DNA of 62,000 bases from contig OX597819.1 in NCBI GenBank assembly GCA_951406725.2, forward strand, positions 93,330,001 to 93,392,000. The letters run 5' to 3'. The DNA is from Octopus vulgaris (taxonomy: Eukaryota). Both the position numbers and the translations under genes were made by a program. The notes beneath the pieces were generated by a model. That model saw nothing but the letters and a program-made list of their open reading frames with translations. It was not told the DNA's origin and did not search any database. The number at the start of each line of letters is the position of its first letter. The stretch's first letter is position 1. Shown piece by piece: positions 1 through 13,889 of the stretch.

Positions 1-1410
1 TGTGTGCGTCATGTGTCTGTGTGTGTGTCTGTGCGTGTGTGTGTGTGAGCGTATGTGTGTGTATGCGAAATTGTAAGATCCAAGGATCAAAGAGTAGGAA
101 GTTTGTAAGCTTCAAGCAATTCGTTCGTTGTAAGTATAAAGAACAATGTTCATGAACAACAATAAATTATTGGCGCCGAAGGTTTTCCGATATGGAAGTT
201 CGATAAGCTGAACATCTTTTTATAGCTAACGGTTAGTAATCTTAGTTGCCACGAATGCGAATACAAACCCAAATAGGAGTGGAGGAGGTAAAATCCAGGT
301 TACTTTTGTTAGCGATTCGACAAAAAGTGCCCGATAAAATAAGTATTAGGCTTACAATGACAACTCCTGGGGGCTATTTGTTCGACTAAAGGTAGTGCTC
401 CAGCATGTCCTCAACCAAATGGCTGAAACAAACGAAGGAATATATGTATGTATATATTTGTGTACATGTACTCATATATACATACATATATATACATACC
501 TACATATATATGTATATATACATGCATATATGGGTACAGGACATCAAAATAAAACGTTGAACACAATGAGAAACGAAAACATGAATACAAAAACATAGAA
601 AAGGAACTTTTTTTCGAACAACGAAAAAAATAGAGAAACGAGACATTTAACATAAACAATATTCCTCTACATCAGTTGTCCCTGTTTCATCTACTCCGCG
701 TTTTGAAAGCAAGGACAATGCGCGACTTCGTTGAAACAGTCCTTCCCGCAAGGCAAATTAAATAAAATTTGGGATTTTTTTGCGGAGGGTGAAAGTGGTA
801 ACAAGAACAGAACAGTGAGAACAAGACAGTAAACGCAAATGGGGAGGACTGTTAGGTCAAGACGATAGAAACATTATTATGAAGGCTAGGAAGACGAGCT
901 TATGAAGGAGACAGTATAAGCAAGTGTTGTGTTTTGGAAGGAAATGGGCAGAAAGATAGATTCCCTTTTGTCACGTGTCAGCGACGAGAGAGAGACAAGG
1001 AGGAAGAGTGAGAGAGAGAAGGAACGGTGAAGAGGAGAGTAGAAGAATAGGGATGGGTGAGAGAGAACACCAGAAAGGATGAAGAACAAGAGAGGGAGAG
1101 AAGAGAGATATTAAGATAAGACTTACGTGGAAAAGGATGTGTGGCTTTCAATCATATAATAATATAAATAATATATAAATATATGCATATATACTGATTT
1201 TTTCGTTGTTTGAAAAAATGTTCGTTTTCTATGGTTTTGTTTTAATGTTTCCGTTTCTCATTGTGTTCAACGTTTTTTTGATGTCCTGTACCCACATATG
1301 CATGCATATATGTATATATATGTAGATATGTACATATATGTATATATGCATATATTTATATATTATTTATATTATATGATCGAACGCCACACATCCTTTT
1401 CCATGTAAGT

Positions 1411-1451
<41 letters not shown>

Positions 1452-2044
1452 CAATATTTCTATGTTTCTATATGCCTACATACATACACACATAAATTCA
1501 TACATACATACATACATACACACACATACATACACACACACACATATACATACACAAATACATGCATACATGCATATATACATACATACATACACACATA
1601 CACACACACATACATACACACATACATACACACATACATACACAAATACATACATACATACATACATATATACATACATACTTACATACATACATACATA
1701 CATGTTGATATATTTATGAACTTAGACATGTTTCAACTAGAAACTTTCAACGGAATAAGATAGCTGTATTGCAGGCAATACGTAAGGTACTTAGATGTTT
1801 GCCGCTGTTTATTTATAGATAGAAAATTAAATATATTTAGTTATGCATCAGGTGCACATGCATATATAGATCCCATGATACGTCCTTGATGTATCATTGC
1901 ATGACGGCATAATTGTGCTTAGATTCCGTTTGACATTAACCCTATCAGTGTGAATATTATTTTCTGCATACAAATGTGTGAGAGGTTTGTCTGCGCATTA
2001 GGTGTGTGTACGTATGTATATATATATATATGTATGTATATATG

Positions 2045-2101
<57 letters not shown>

Positions 2102-2879
2102 ATATTTATATATATATATACATGTATATATATATTTATATATATATATACATGTATATATATATATATATTTATATATATTATATATATATATATACAT
2201 GTATATATATTTATATATGTATATATGTGTATATATATTTATATATGTATATATGTGTATATATATTTATATATGTATATACGTGTATATATATTTATAT
2301 ATATATACATGTATATATATTTATATATGTATATATGTGTATATATATTTATATATATATATACATGTATATATATTTATATACGTATATATGTGTATAT
2401 ATATTTATATATATATATATATATACATGTATATATATTTATATATTCATATATGTGTATATATATATATGTATATATTTATATATGTATGTATATATAT
2501 ATATGTATGAATATTTATATATATATAGATATATCATATATGCATGAACCATATGTAAGGATGCTTGTGTGAACATAAACACGCGTATGAACGCGCGCGC
2601 ACAGCACACACCTACGCAATTGCGCTCGTGCATCACCCACACGATATTGATACACGCACAGGTGTGAGTATAGAAGTCACTATAGTGTCCCTTTATCGCA
2701 ATAATAGAATTATGTAATCTGTCATCTGCCTCGTGGACTATCAATCATGAGTGCGCCATATGCTTGTGTAAGTGTGCACTCGTTTCCATGCTTGTGGTTA
2801 GGGTCACGTTATAGTGCCATATTGTAATATTCCTCCTCTTCTCTGTTCTTCACACTCTTTTTCCTCATATATATATATT

Positions 2880-2933
<54 letters not shown>

Positions 2934-2936
2934 TGT

Positions 2937-3324
<388 letters not shown>

Positions 3325-3488
3325 AAGGCGCATGGCTCAGTGGTTAGAGCGTCGAGCTTACGATCATGAGGCTGTGAGCTCGAATCCCGGACCGGGCTAC
3401 GTGTTGTGTTCTCGAGCAAGGCACTTTATTTGGGTAACTTTCTAGGTGCAATCCCATGGTCATTCATGACCGAAGGGGGTCTTTACCC

Positions 3489-3534
<46 letters not shown>

Positions 3535-3755
3535 CAGTTTCCGTCCACCCAATCCCAAGGCTATACGCAGCATAAGACGCTTGCCTAATGTGCAACGCAA
3601 GTGAACTGAACTCGGAACAATGTGGCTGGAAAGCAAATTTCTTACCACACAGCCATGCTGCTGTGTGTTCTTGTGCGTGTTTGTGTGTTTGTGTGTATAC
3701 ATACTTATATATATACATATATATATATATATACATATATATAAAACTACATAAG

Positions 3756-3930
3756 TACATACATACATACATACATACATACATACATACATACATACAT
3801 ACATACATACATACATACATACATACATACATACATACATACATACATACATACATACATACATACATACATACATACATACATACATACATACATACAT
3901 ACATACATACATACATACATACATACATAC
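3756..3930 (+). repeat. (TACA)n microsatellite, representative of many: (TA)n 3189-3312, (GATA)n 7347-7488, 11901-12000, 40205-40278, (CT)n 24964-25062, compound TA/TG/TATG tracts at 1.9-2.5, 30.7-31.4, 48.4-49.0, 57.4-58.0 and 61.3-61.9 kb
   Basis: Directly visible perfect and compound tandem repeats. Confidence 0.97.
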
Positions 3931-4551
3931 TGATATCAAAGGGTAATCAGAAATATTTAAAATTTCCATTACCAGTGGCCTAGCGTGTAGAAAAATTTAG
4001 TGAATAGACTATATATTATTCACATATATACACTGTACATTTAAACACATAAGAGGTATCCATCATAGGATTTCTTTGCACGCTAGAAAGGAAACTTTAT
4101 CCCTAATATTGGTTTGGAATTTAACTGTCCTTTCTAGCGTGCAAGGAATCCTATGATGGATATCTCTCATGTGTTTAAATGTACACTGTATTTATACATA
4201 CATATATAATATACACACACACACACACACATATATATAATATGTGTATATGTACGTATATAATCACCGTGTGTGTGTTTACATGCATGAATATCCATAT
4301 GTGTATGCGAAGGCATGTGGATGCGTATATGTGTCTACGTGTATGTATGCGTCCGCGTATATATATGAGTATGAGCCTGTGTGAATCTGCTTCTGTGTGT
4401 CCTTCAGCTTGAACAATGTGAGCAACAGAATATTTGGTCCCCTATTTCTATTATAGCCTACTTTTGTCTCGAGCAGATTGTGCAGCACATATTGTTGTAC
4501 ATGTCAACAATAACACGTCCATATACATACGCACACATGCATGCTCATATA

Positions 4552-5421
4552 CGAGGATGCACCCAAAAGTAACTGGAGATTTTCCCTGTGAAACCAGCCA
4601 GTTGTAAGTTCCCACTTGATGCAGTCCTCAGGCATCAGTCTGTCGACCGGCGCCGTCTGGTGTGTGCCTACTGTCACGTGGTGTATCTTTGTTTTGTAGT
4701 GCTTCTCTATTCGTCGGTTTTTGCTATGGCTGAAACGAAGGAACAGCGTGCCTCCGTGAAATTCTGTTTTCTGCGAGGGAAAACGGCGGCCGAAACGGTT
4801 GTCATACCTCAAAAAGCTTAGAAGGACGCTGCTATGAGCAAAACGCAAGTTTATGAGTGGTTTTTACGCTTTAGGTATGGTCACTTGTTGCATGAAGTTC
4901 AACCTCATTCAGGACGTCCGTCGATCTCCCGAACGAATTTTTAAAAAGTCACGAAAATTCATGAACTGGTCTTGGTGGACAGTCTTGTTGATATGACTGT
5001 TATGTCTTGGAGCTCCTGCCAACGAATTTTGAGGGAAGAATTGCGAATGGAAAGAGTTGCAGCAAAATTTGCGCCTCGCTAGCTCATGGAAGACGAAAAG
5101 CTGTTACACTTGAATGCGTGTCGTGAACTGAAAGAAAAGTTAGAAATTGATCCAGACCTTTCTTCGAGGGTCATCACTGGTGACGAAAGCTGGCCATACG
5201 GAACTTGCAGATGTGGAAGAGGTGAAGCAATAAACGACAGAGGGGTTAAAAGGTATCACTTTCCAAGAGTTCCAGCACTGCTTCGAACAACGGAAAACGC
5301 GTCTGGACTGATGCATTGCTTCAAATGGAGAATACTTTGGAGGCGATAAAAGTGTAAACATGTAAAACTAAGTGAATAAAATAATATTGCAGAATCCAAA
5401 TTTCTTTTGGGTGCCCCTTCG
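4552..5421 (+). mobile_element. Internally deleted mariner DNA transposon with transposase pseudogene (from 4726)
   Basis: TIRs TA|CGAGGATGCACCCAAAAG and CTTTTGGGTGCCCCTTCG|TA. Decayed reading MAETKEQRASVKFCFLRGKTAAET..MSKTQVYEWF..GRPS..VAAKFAPR..VITGDESW then jumps to the C-terminal ADVEEVK..CFEQ..CIASNGEYFGGD. The second and third catalytic Asp region is deleted, with stops and frameshifts. Confidence 0.92.
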
Positions 5422-5853
5422 TATATACATACAATCGCACACTTATTCGGACGTATTTAATCATAAACATGTGCAAAGACTGAGAACGCATGTGCGTGCG
5501 TATGTGAGCACGGCATGTGTGCAAATGGTAGTGCAATGGTAACTGTGTAGCTACACGAGTGTAAGATACCCCTAACCACTATACAAATTGTTTGTTATAT
5601 ATATATATAATTACTATTTAAGGGTATAGAAAAAATTTGCAGCCTATATGTTGAAAATAGACGCTAAATCGTCTCACCACTTTAAAATCACAAAATGGTG
5701 AGAGGATTTAACGTCTATTTTCAGTATATAGGCTGGAAATTTTTTCTTGGCCCTTAATTATAATTATATATATGATTTCACCTTAATCGGTCTATTTTTT
5801 TATATGTTGGCCACTGATATTTTTTTTAAAATTTTATCCTTTATTACTACATA

Positions 5854-5941
<88 letters not shown>

Positions 5942-6317
5942 GTAATGAGGACTAATGAAAAAATAAGAGGGACAAGTTTTAACAAAGTTTTTATTAGTTT
6001 AAAATGTTAACGGTGAAGATATAGTCTTCGCCGTTTCGAATGTTTGTCCTTCATCAGGGAAAAAGGAAGGAAAAGAAGAATAGGAAAATATAAGAAGATT
6101 AAGCAAAGTGGTGTCTCCGTGTGTGGAATAAGGCTTGTGGGAAGGTGTGAGTGTGGGGTTCGGGTTGTTTCTTGTAGTGTGTGGAGCTGTGCAATTATTG
6201 GAGGATAATGGTGTTGGATAGTTATGGTTTGTATAGTTCGAACTGACAGAAGATGTTCCAGCCTTAATCAGCCCGCTGTTTCAAACAGGTAGAACTACAT
6301 TACAAAATATGTTCTAA

Positions 6318-6533
6318 TATTGGTTTCAAATTTTTGGTACAAGGGCAGCAAGATCGTGGAGGGTGTAAGCCGATTACATCGACCCCATTACTCGGCTGGT
6401 ACTTATTTTATCGACTCCGAAATGATAAAAGGCAAAGTCGACCTCGATGGAACTTGAACTCAGAACATAATGACGAACGAAATGCCGCTAAGCATTTTGT
6501 CCGTCATGTTAACGATCCTGCCAGCTCGCCGCC
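6318..6533 (-). mobile_element. Family B SINE (a similar copy lies at 22017-22235, minus strand)
   Basis: Ends CTGCCAGCTCGCCGCC and contains AAAGGCAAAGTCGACCTCG. Confidence 0.8.
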
Positions 6534-7182
6534 TTAAAATACGCCCTAATATTAAAGACTGTAAGATGTAATACAAGTGAGCGATTTGGTTGCTACTTCT
6601 AGCAAGTTTAGTGACAACAGTGAGGCTTCCCCTGTTTGAACATGTGTATGTACGGATGAATGAACATATCTAAAATTAATTGGGTAATATATGATGTAGT
6701 ATTTGGTGTCTGATGGAAATATGGTGGACGGTTACGACGAGTGGCAGTAATGACAAAGAGGACTGTCTTTATAATGATGAAGGATAGGAAGAGGGGAATG
6801 GGATGAAGGGAGTTATCTACGTAGGTAGAAATGGGTGGATCCAAGGATGTTCAAATTGTTAAATAGAAAACTTGGAGTGTAGACCGGTCGGTCGGACGAA
6901 CGGATGGATGAATGGATGGATGGAGGGACGGACGGATTTATGGATGGATGGACGAATATATGGATGAACAGACGGACGGACGGATCGATGGATGGATAAG
7001 ATGGTTGGCTAGACGAAAAGATAAACAAATGGATGAATAAATGAAATGATAGAGCGAAGAACGGACATAAATATGGATTGATGAATACATTCGGTTGTAG
7101 AATTAATGCATGTCTCTGCGTATGTAATTTTATTTGTGCGTGCGTATGTGTGCGCTGATACATACATACATTCATAAATACT

Positions 7183-7216
<34 letters not shown>

Positions 7217-7270
7217 CACATATCAATATGAATGTGTGTATTTATATATATATGTGTGTGTGTGTGTATG

Positions 7271-7309
<39 letters not shown>

Positions 7310-7382
7310 GAATGTATGTATACCACGTATATGTATACATAAGCATAGGTAGATAGAAAGATAGATAGATAGATAGATAGAC

Positions 7383-7489
<107 letters not shown>

Positions 7490-7587
7490 ATACAAATATG
7501 TGCCAATGCGTGTATACGCGTACTGGAGGAACTAACTGCGAGAGAGAGTGACAGACATAGAGAGGGAGAAAATGGCAGAGTGAGAGG

Positions 7588-7620
<33 letters not shown>

Positions 7621-7769
7621 GCAGACAGACAGAGAGGCAGACAGACAGAGAGGCAGAGAGAGAGAGAGAGAAGTGGTACGAGAGTGGAAAAGGCAAAATT
7701 AAATTGTATACGAGAATGTGTCTCGGCATACAAATGAGTGATTTTTACTGATAGCGTGCATCATGTATT

Positions 7770-7834
<65 letters not shown>

Positions 7835-8121
7835 GCATATATACATATATGTATGCATATATGAATATATGTGCGTATACATATGTGTATGTATACATAG
7901 ACATACATACACAAGTATATATATGACTGCAGATATGAATGATGAGGTAGAGGTAGCTGGATGTATTATTGTAAATGCAAAGAAGTACACGTATAATAAT
8001 CTTATCATTGCTTATATATTTAATTATTCCACGATGTATAAAGTGCTGATATTTTCCCTTAATTTTTCTATTTACCTTTGATACCTTCTTTTTAAATCAA
8101 ATATTTTGTCTCTGTATGAAT

Positions 8122-8595
8122 ATGTGGCTGTGTGGTAAGAAGTTTGCTTCCCAACCACATGGCTCCGGGTTCAGTCTCACAGCGTGGCACTTTGGGCAAG
8201 TGTATTCAACTATAGCCTCGGGCTGACCAAAACCTTGTGATTGAATTTGGTAGACGGAAACCGAAAGAAGCCTTTCGTATGTGTGTGTGTGTGTGTACGT
8301 GTGTGTGTGTGTGTGTGTGTGTGTACGTGTGTGTGTGTGTGCATGCGTGTATGTGAATATATTTGTGTGTGTCTCTTTGTATCTGTGTTTGTCTACCCAG
8401 CCCCATCACCGCTTGACAACCGGCGTTGGCGTATTTACGTCCCGTAGTTAGCGGTTCGGCAAAAGACACCGGTAGAATAAGTACTAGATTTACAAAGAAT
8501 AAGTTCTGGGGTCGATTTTGTGAACTATAACCCTTTAAGGCGGTGCCCTGCATGACCACAGTCAAATGACTGAAACAAGTAAAAGAATAAAGAAT
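8122..8595 (+). mobile_element. tRNA-derived CORE-like SINE with internal (GT)n (family A)
   Basis: GGCTGTGTGGTAAGAAG..GGTTCAGTC..GGCACTTTGGGCAAGTG..GACGGAAAC-(GT)n-..GCTTGACAACCG..AAGAATAAG..GACTGAAACAAGTAAAAGA. The same architecture recurs at 19148, 18240, 56420 and in partial copies. Confidence 0.85.
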
Positions 8596-9637
8596 ATATA
8601 TATATCTTTTATTTTGTTTTAGTCATTAGACTGCGGCCACGCTAGGGCACCGCGTTAAAGAATTTTAGTCGAACTAATCGACCCCAGAACTTATTCTTCG
8701 TATATATATATACGACGGAATTCTTTCAGAATCCGTTTGTCTGTCTGCCGTTATGAATGGCTGTAAGTATGGTTCTGATCATATATGATGTATGCATATT
8801 ACTTTGTTTATATACAATTATAATGGTTCATTTGTGAATGAGTGGTTGAGTGAGCTGCTTGATTTTTATGTGTTGAAGTTTGTGTCCGCGTCAATATTTA
8901 CGTGCAAGCGTACTAATTCGCCTAGCTCTCTACATACGTCTATACAGGTTGTGTATACGTGTGAGAGTACACCCACACACATGTTCTCTCTCTCTCTCTC
9001 TCTCACTCTCTCACTTTCTCTCTCACATCCTTCACTTTCTCTCTCTTTCTCTCTCTCTCTCCTATACATATACACATACACACATGTGCGCACACATACA
9101 AATACACGAAAGGCTATACAGTTAAGACGATCGCTTCTCAGTCACGCGGTTCCAGGTTCAACACTGCCTCTCGGCTATTTACAGACACGTGTGTGTATGT
9201 GTGTTTGTGTGTATATGTGTGCATAAGTGTATGGTGCGTGGTGTGTGTCTGTGTGGACGTTTGTGCATGTGCAATTGTTCATGTGTGTGGACAGCGGCAC
9301 ATCTTTGTGAACATAACAGCTAAGCTTATTCGTCGAGTTTCTGGATTGAAACATTTTATCGCCAAAATACTGAATTATGAAATAAGGCAAAAGTGTAAAT
9401 CAAAGTTTTCTTATATTTTTCATGATTTCATTTCTGCCGTGACTGTTTGAAATAAACCACTTAAGTTCTACTTCACAACGCTTCGCATGAAAGAAACTCT
9501 TTTGCATAGTATACATCCCACCAAATACACAAACATATATAAGTATTTTATGTATATACATAGGTATATATAAATATATGCATATACATATTCATATACA
9601 TACTCATACAAGCTCATATACATGATATATATATATA

Positions 9638-9698
<61 letters not shown>

Positions 9699-10099
9699 GC
9701 CATGGTAGATCGTTAGCCACTAACCGCATTTTTTTCTCTCCTTGTTTTTCCTGCGTCCCTTTCTGTAAAAGAGCGTAGGCTCGAAACGTAAAAGAATTTT
9801 TCTATTCCTGAGCGTTATACTAATACATCTGTTTGTTTTGTACACCACCTGTCTTCGTCTTTTGTTTTTTTTCTCCCTATATATATATATATATATATAT
9901 ATATGTTTGTTCCTTCTCGAGTTCTCGAGGCACACCTGGCTCATAAGAACCGGTTTCCCCGTTTCCTTGGCGTATAGGTTCCCCACCTGGACGGGACGCC
10001 GGTCCGTCGCAGGTGAACTACAAGATGCAGGGGGAAGAGTAAGAGAAAGCTGTGGCGAAAGAGTCAGCAGAAGTTCGCCATTGTCTTCTGCCGGAGACT

Positions 10100-11437
10100 G
10101 ACACGAAATCACAGAGAGTAAGCCATCGGACGTCTCCATGCTGGTCAACGTCCATGTGTCATTACTAATGACTTGAACTGCAGTATTCGGACAGTTGAGC
10201 GGCTGAGTGAACGACACAATGCCACAAAGAGCACTGATGATCGTCCACGCAGTGGCCCACCGAGGGTTACAACGGCACTGACAGCACTTGCAGGACCGAT
10301 TCCGGAGGGCATTGGAATCAGCTAGGCAGACCATGAGGAGTTCGCCGCCGGCTGAGCTCTTTCAATGGGTCTTATCGACGTCCGACTAGGTGCCCCCATC
10401 CTCACAGATCGTCCATGCAATGGACTCAAAAACGTCAGAACTGGCGTTATCAGCAATGCAGGACAGTAGTCTTCTCTGACGAAAGTTGATAATGCATTTT
10501 TGTGGCAGATGGCAGAGCTAGGGTTCGGAGAAGAAGGAGTGAAAGTCATGCCGATGTGTTGGAGAGAGATCCATGAGGAGGACAGAGCATCATGGTACGC
10601 GGAAGGATTGCACTCACCCAGGAACTTGGACCAGTTAAGGCGGCGAGCTGGCAGAAACGTTAGCACGCCGGGCGATATGCTTAACGGTGTTTCGTCTGCC
10701 ATTACGTTCAGAATTCAAATTCCGCCGAGGTCGACTTTGCCTTTCAACCTTTCGGGGTCGATAAGTTAAGTACCAGTTGCGAACTGGGTTGATGTAATCG
10801 TCTTAATCTCTGCGTCTGTCTTTGTTTGTCCCCTCTATGTTTAGCCCCCTGTGGGCAGTAAGAAACTTGGACCGGTGATCTTCCAAAATGTCAGCCAATG
10901 TCAGGCAATGGAGTAACCACTTCATGCTACATCAACCAAGTGTTGGGTCCTCCTCACATTCTGCCCGACTTTGTCATCGGAATCACGCGTTCCAACACGA
11001 CAACGTCCGTGCACATACAACCAGGTTGACAACACAACGTCCAGACACTGCTATAGTCTGCCTTAAGTCCGGTCATGAACCCCATAGAGCACCCGTGGGA
11101 CGAAATCCAAAGAGGGCTAAATGGCATCCGTGCTAGGTCGACAACTGCAGCACAACTCACAGCAAGTTTTAATACAGTGTTGGCTGCTATCCCCATGGCC
11201 TTCATCAATCGTTTGACGCATTCAAAGTACAGATGTCCAGCGGTAATCAATGCTAACGGCCGTCACAGGAGATATTGAGTTCATCTCATTGGATCCCGGG
11301 CACACCGTCGTCATGTGACATATGTGACGTCAAAAATGTTTCAGGAAATGACATTTTATCATTAGGAAAGAACGGTTTCTTAATTAGCGCTCTCCAATCA
11401 ATGCTATGGTAGTTTCTATTGCGGCTTCTATTTAGTA
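10100..11437 (+). mobile_element. Tc1-family transposase pseudogene interrupted by a SINE
   Basis: Fragments CSIRTVERL..DDRPRSG.PRVTT, VVFSDES, FQHDNVRAHT and MNPIEHPWDEIQR..INANG.H.RY* give Tc1 DDE motifs across frameshifts. A TIR-like end GTTTCTATTGCGGCTTCTATTTAGTA lies near 11437. Confidence 0.88.
10639..10863 (+). mobile_element. SINE (family B, GGCGGTGAGCTGGCAG head) inserted in the Tc1 with a 13-bp target-site duplication
   Basis: AACTTGGACCAGT (10623-10635) and AACTTGGACCGGT (10864-10876) flank it. The body contains GTCGACTTTGCCTTTCAACCTTTCGGGGTCGATAA, shared with many other copies in the window. Confidence 0.88.
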
Positions 11438-11478
11438 CGTGTGCGACGTTTCTTTTGTGGTTCAGCTTCTAGACATAG

Positions 11479-11559
<81 letters not shown>

Positions 11560-11811
11560 TAGATACATGCATTTATACAAGCATAGACACACATTTTTAT
11601 ACAATAATTTATTTCGATAATGCATGTTTTCAATTGTTAAATTTAATAACTCCTTGCTGTTTCTTCAGAGCAACTTCTCTGACGATGCTTCAATTCAGAA
11701 ACTAATCGTAAGTTCAAAGAAGAAACTACATTCACACACGCATATGCGTGCACATACGTACACACAAACCCATGCAGGCTTACATGCATACATGCAAGTA
11801 TATTTATATAC

Positions 11812-11888
<77 letters not shown>

Positions 11889-11899
11889 CACGCTCACAC

Positions 11900-12002
<103 letters not shown>

Positions 12003-12477
12003 GACACACCTTTGTTTAATGAATATATATATTGTCAAAACTAATGGAGCTCTTCAAGGACTCGTCCTACATAGCAAGCTCTTTAAACTACCTGTTCTAC
12101 TCAAACACATACAATTTGATACTATTTACAATTTATCCAGTACATTACTTCCATAAACATTCACACACATACATGCATGTATGCATACACAAACGCACAA
12201 CTATATATGTGTGTGTGTGTGCATGTATATATATATATGTGTGTGTGTGTGTATATATGTATATCTATATGTGTGTATATATGTATATCTGTGTGTGTAT
12301 ATATGTATATCTATATGTGTGTGTATATATGTATATATATATATGTATATCTATATATGTATATATATGTATATGTGTATATGTGTATATCTATATATGT
12401 ATATATATGTATATGCGTATATATGTATATATATATATGTATATATGTATAAATATATGTATGTATATATATATATA

Positions 12478-12584
<107 letters not shown>

Positions 12585-12799
12585 CACTCAGTTGGCTGTC
12601 ATAATAAAACTCTGCTCTGACAACCGATGCTGGTGTGTTTAGGTCCCAATAACTTAGCGGTTCGGCAAAATAGACCGATCGAATAAGTACTAGGCTTACA
12701 AAGAATAAGTCCTGGGGTCGATTTGCTCGACTAAAGGCGGTGCTCCAGCATGGCCACAGTTGCATGACTGATACAAGTAAAAGAGTAAAGAGCAGAGTA

Positions 12800-13205
12800 G
12801 ACTTGAGCCTTAATCGCTTGAAACACAAGCCCGAGGCCGGGTCCACGGGCTATGTTCATCACCATCAGAGTTAAAATCTTCGAAGCTACCAGAGAAGAGA
12901 AAAAAGAGAAATCAAACGACAAGAGAGAAAGGCTCGACAAAATCAAACTCATCTCCCAAGGAGTAAATGCCATCGTTTCTTCCATGCAACAACTGGTCGG
13001 CATAGTTATCAATACCATCACCATAAAGGAAGCGATTAGAATACGGGAAATAAAAATGTCGGATGCGAGATAAAGCAAACAATACGATATGATACAATAC
13101 ATGTACTTTTACTTGTTTGATTCAGCTTCACGTGACACAGAGTTAAGGAGGCATCTGATGAGATGGATGTGACCTAGTTACCCACGAAACTTTAAGCTAT
13201 GCGAG
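12800..13205 (+). mobile_element. Probable 3' end of a Penelope-like element: GIY-YIG C-terminal remnant followed by a hammerhead motif
   Basis: ORF 12852-13073 ends IKEAIRIREIKM, similar to the PLE IKEAIxIR..MNRD tail. A type-I hammerhead-like fold follows at 13151-13202. Confidence 0.5.
13151..13202 (+). ncRNA. Decayed canonical-core type-I hammerhead
   Basis: GCAT-CTGATGA-G(A)TGG..GTGAC(CTA)GTTAC-CCAC-GAA-ACTTTAAGC-T-ATGC. Stems I and II are intact; U16.1 is replaced by C. Confidence 0.5.
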
Positions 13206-13379
13206 CCTAGATCAAACTGGTATGAAAGATATATCGATATAGATATGTAGCATTATTGGATTCAGAAGATGTTGCCAAAATCAACAAATGTGAAGATGAT
13301 GAGCTGCGAGCGGCTCTATCAAAATAACTTGGCTGTATACGTGGTTCAATGACTGGATACGCATGTGTATGTATACGTT

Positions 13380-13455
<76 letters not shown>

Positions 13456-13889
13456 TGTATTCATGTATGTATGTGTATTGGTAAATATATATATGTGTGT
13501 GTGTGTGTGTGCGTGTATGTATATATCTTTGTATTTATATATATGTGCGTGTGTGTGAGAGAGATTGTGAATGTGTCTGTGTTTGTATATATACAATATA
13601 CTTTGCCCGTTTAACTGAGACACGTTTTTCACCATTTATTCTTCTTATCTGTAAAAGAGCGTAGGCGCGATAAGTTGAATAAACTCTCTTTGATATTCTT
13701 TCACACCCTTTTGCTTTTCGCATGTTTGAATCTATATATATTTATGCATACATATATGTATATGATCCAACCATGCCAAAAGCAAAATGAATGGTGTGAA
13801 AGAACATCAAAGTAAGGGTGTTAGTTCAACGTTTCGAGCCTACGCGCTTCTACAGAAAAAGAAAAAAACGTGTCTCAATATATATATGT

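Noticed and set aside
3325-3400. tRNA-like sequence (also at 2937, 42445, 43655)
   Set aside because: A/B boxes are present but the acceptor stem is not closed, and each continues into a SINE body. These are SINE heads, not tRNA genes.
12731-13102. 123-aa hydrophobic minus-strand ORF with GPGLGLVF (SLC6-like?)
   Set aside because: Only a short motif matches, it runs into a SINE, and no splice context supports it. The PLE reading on + fits the adjacent hammerhead better.
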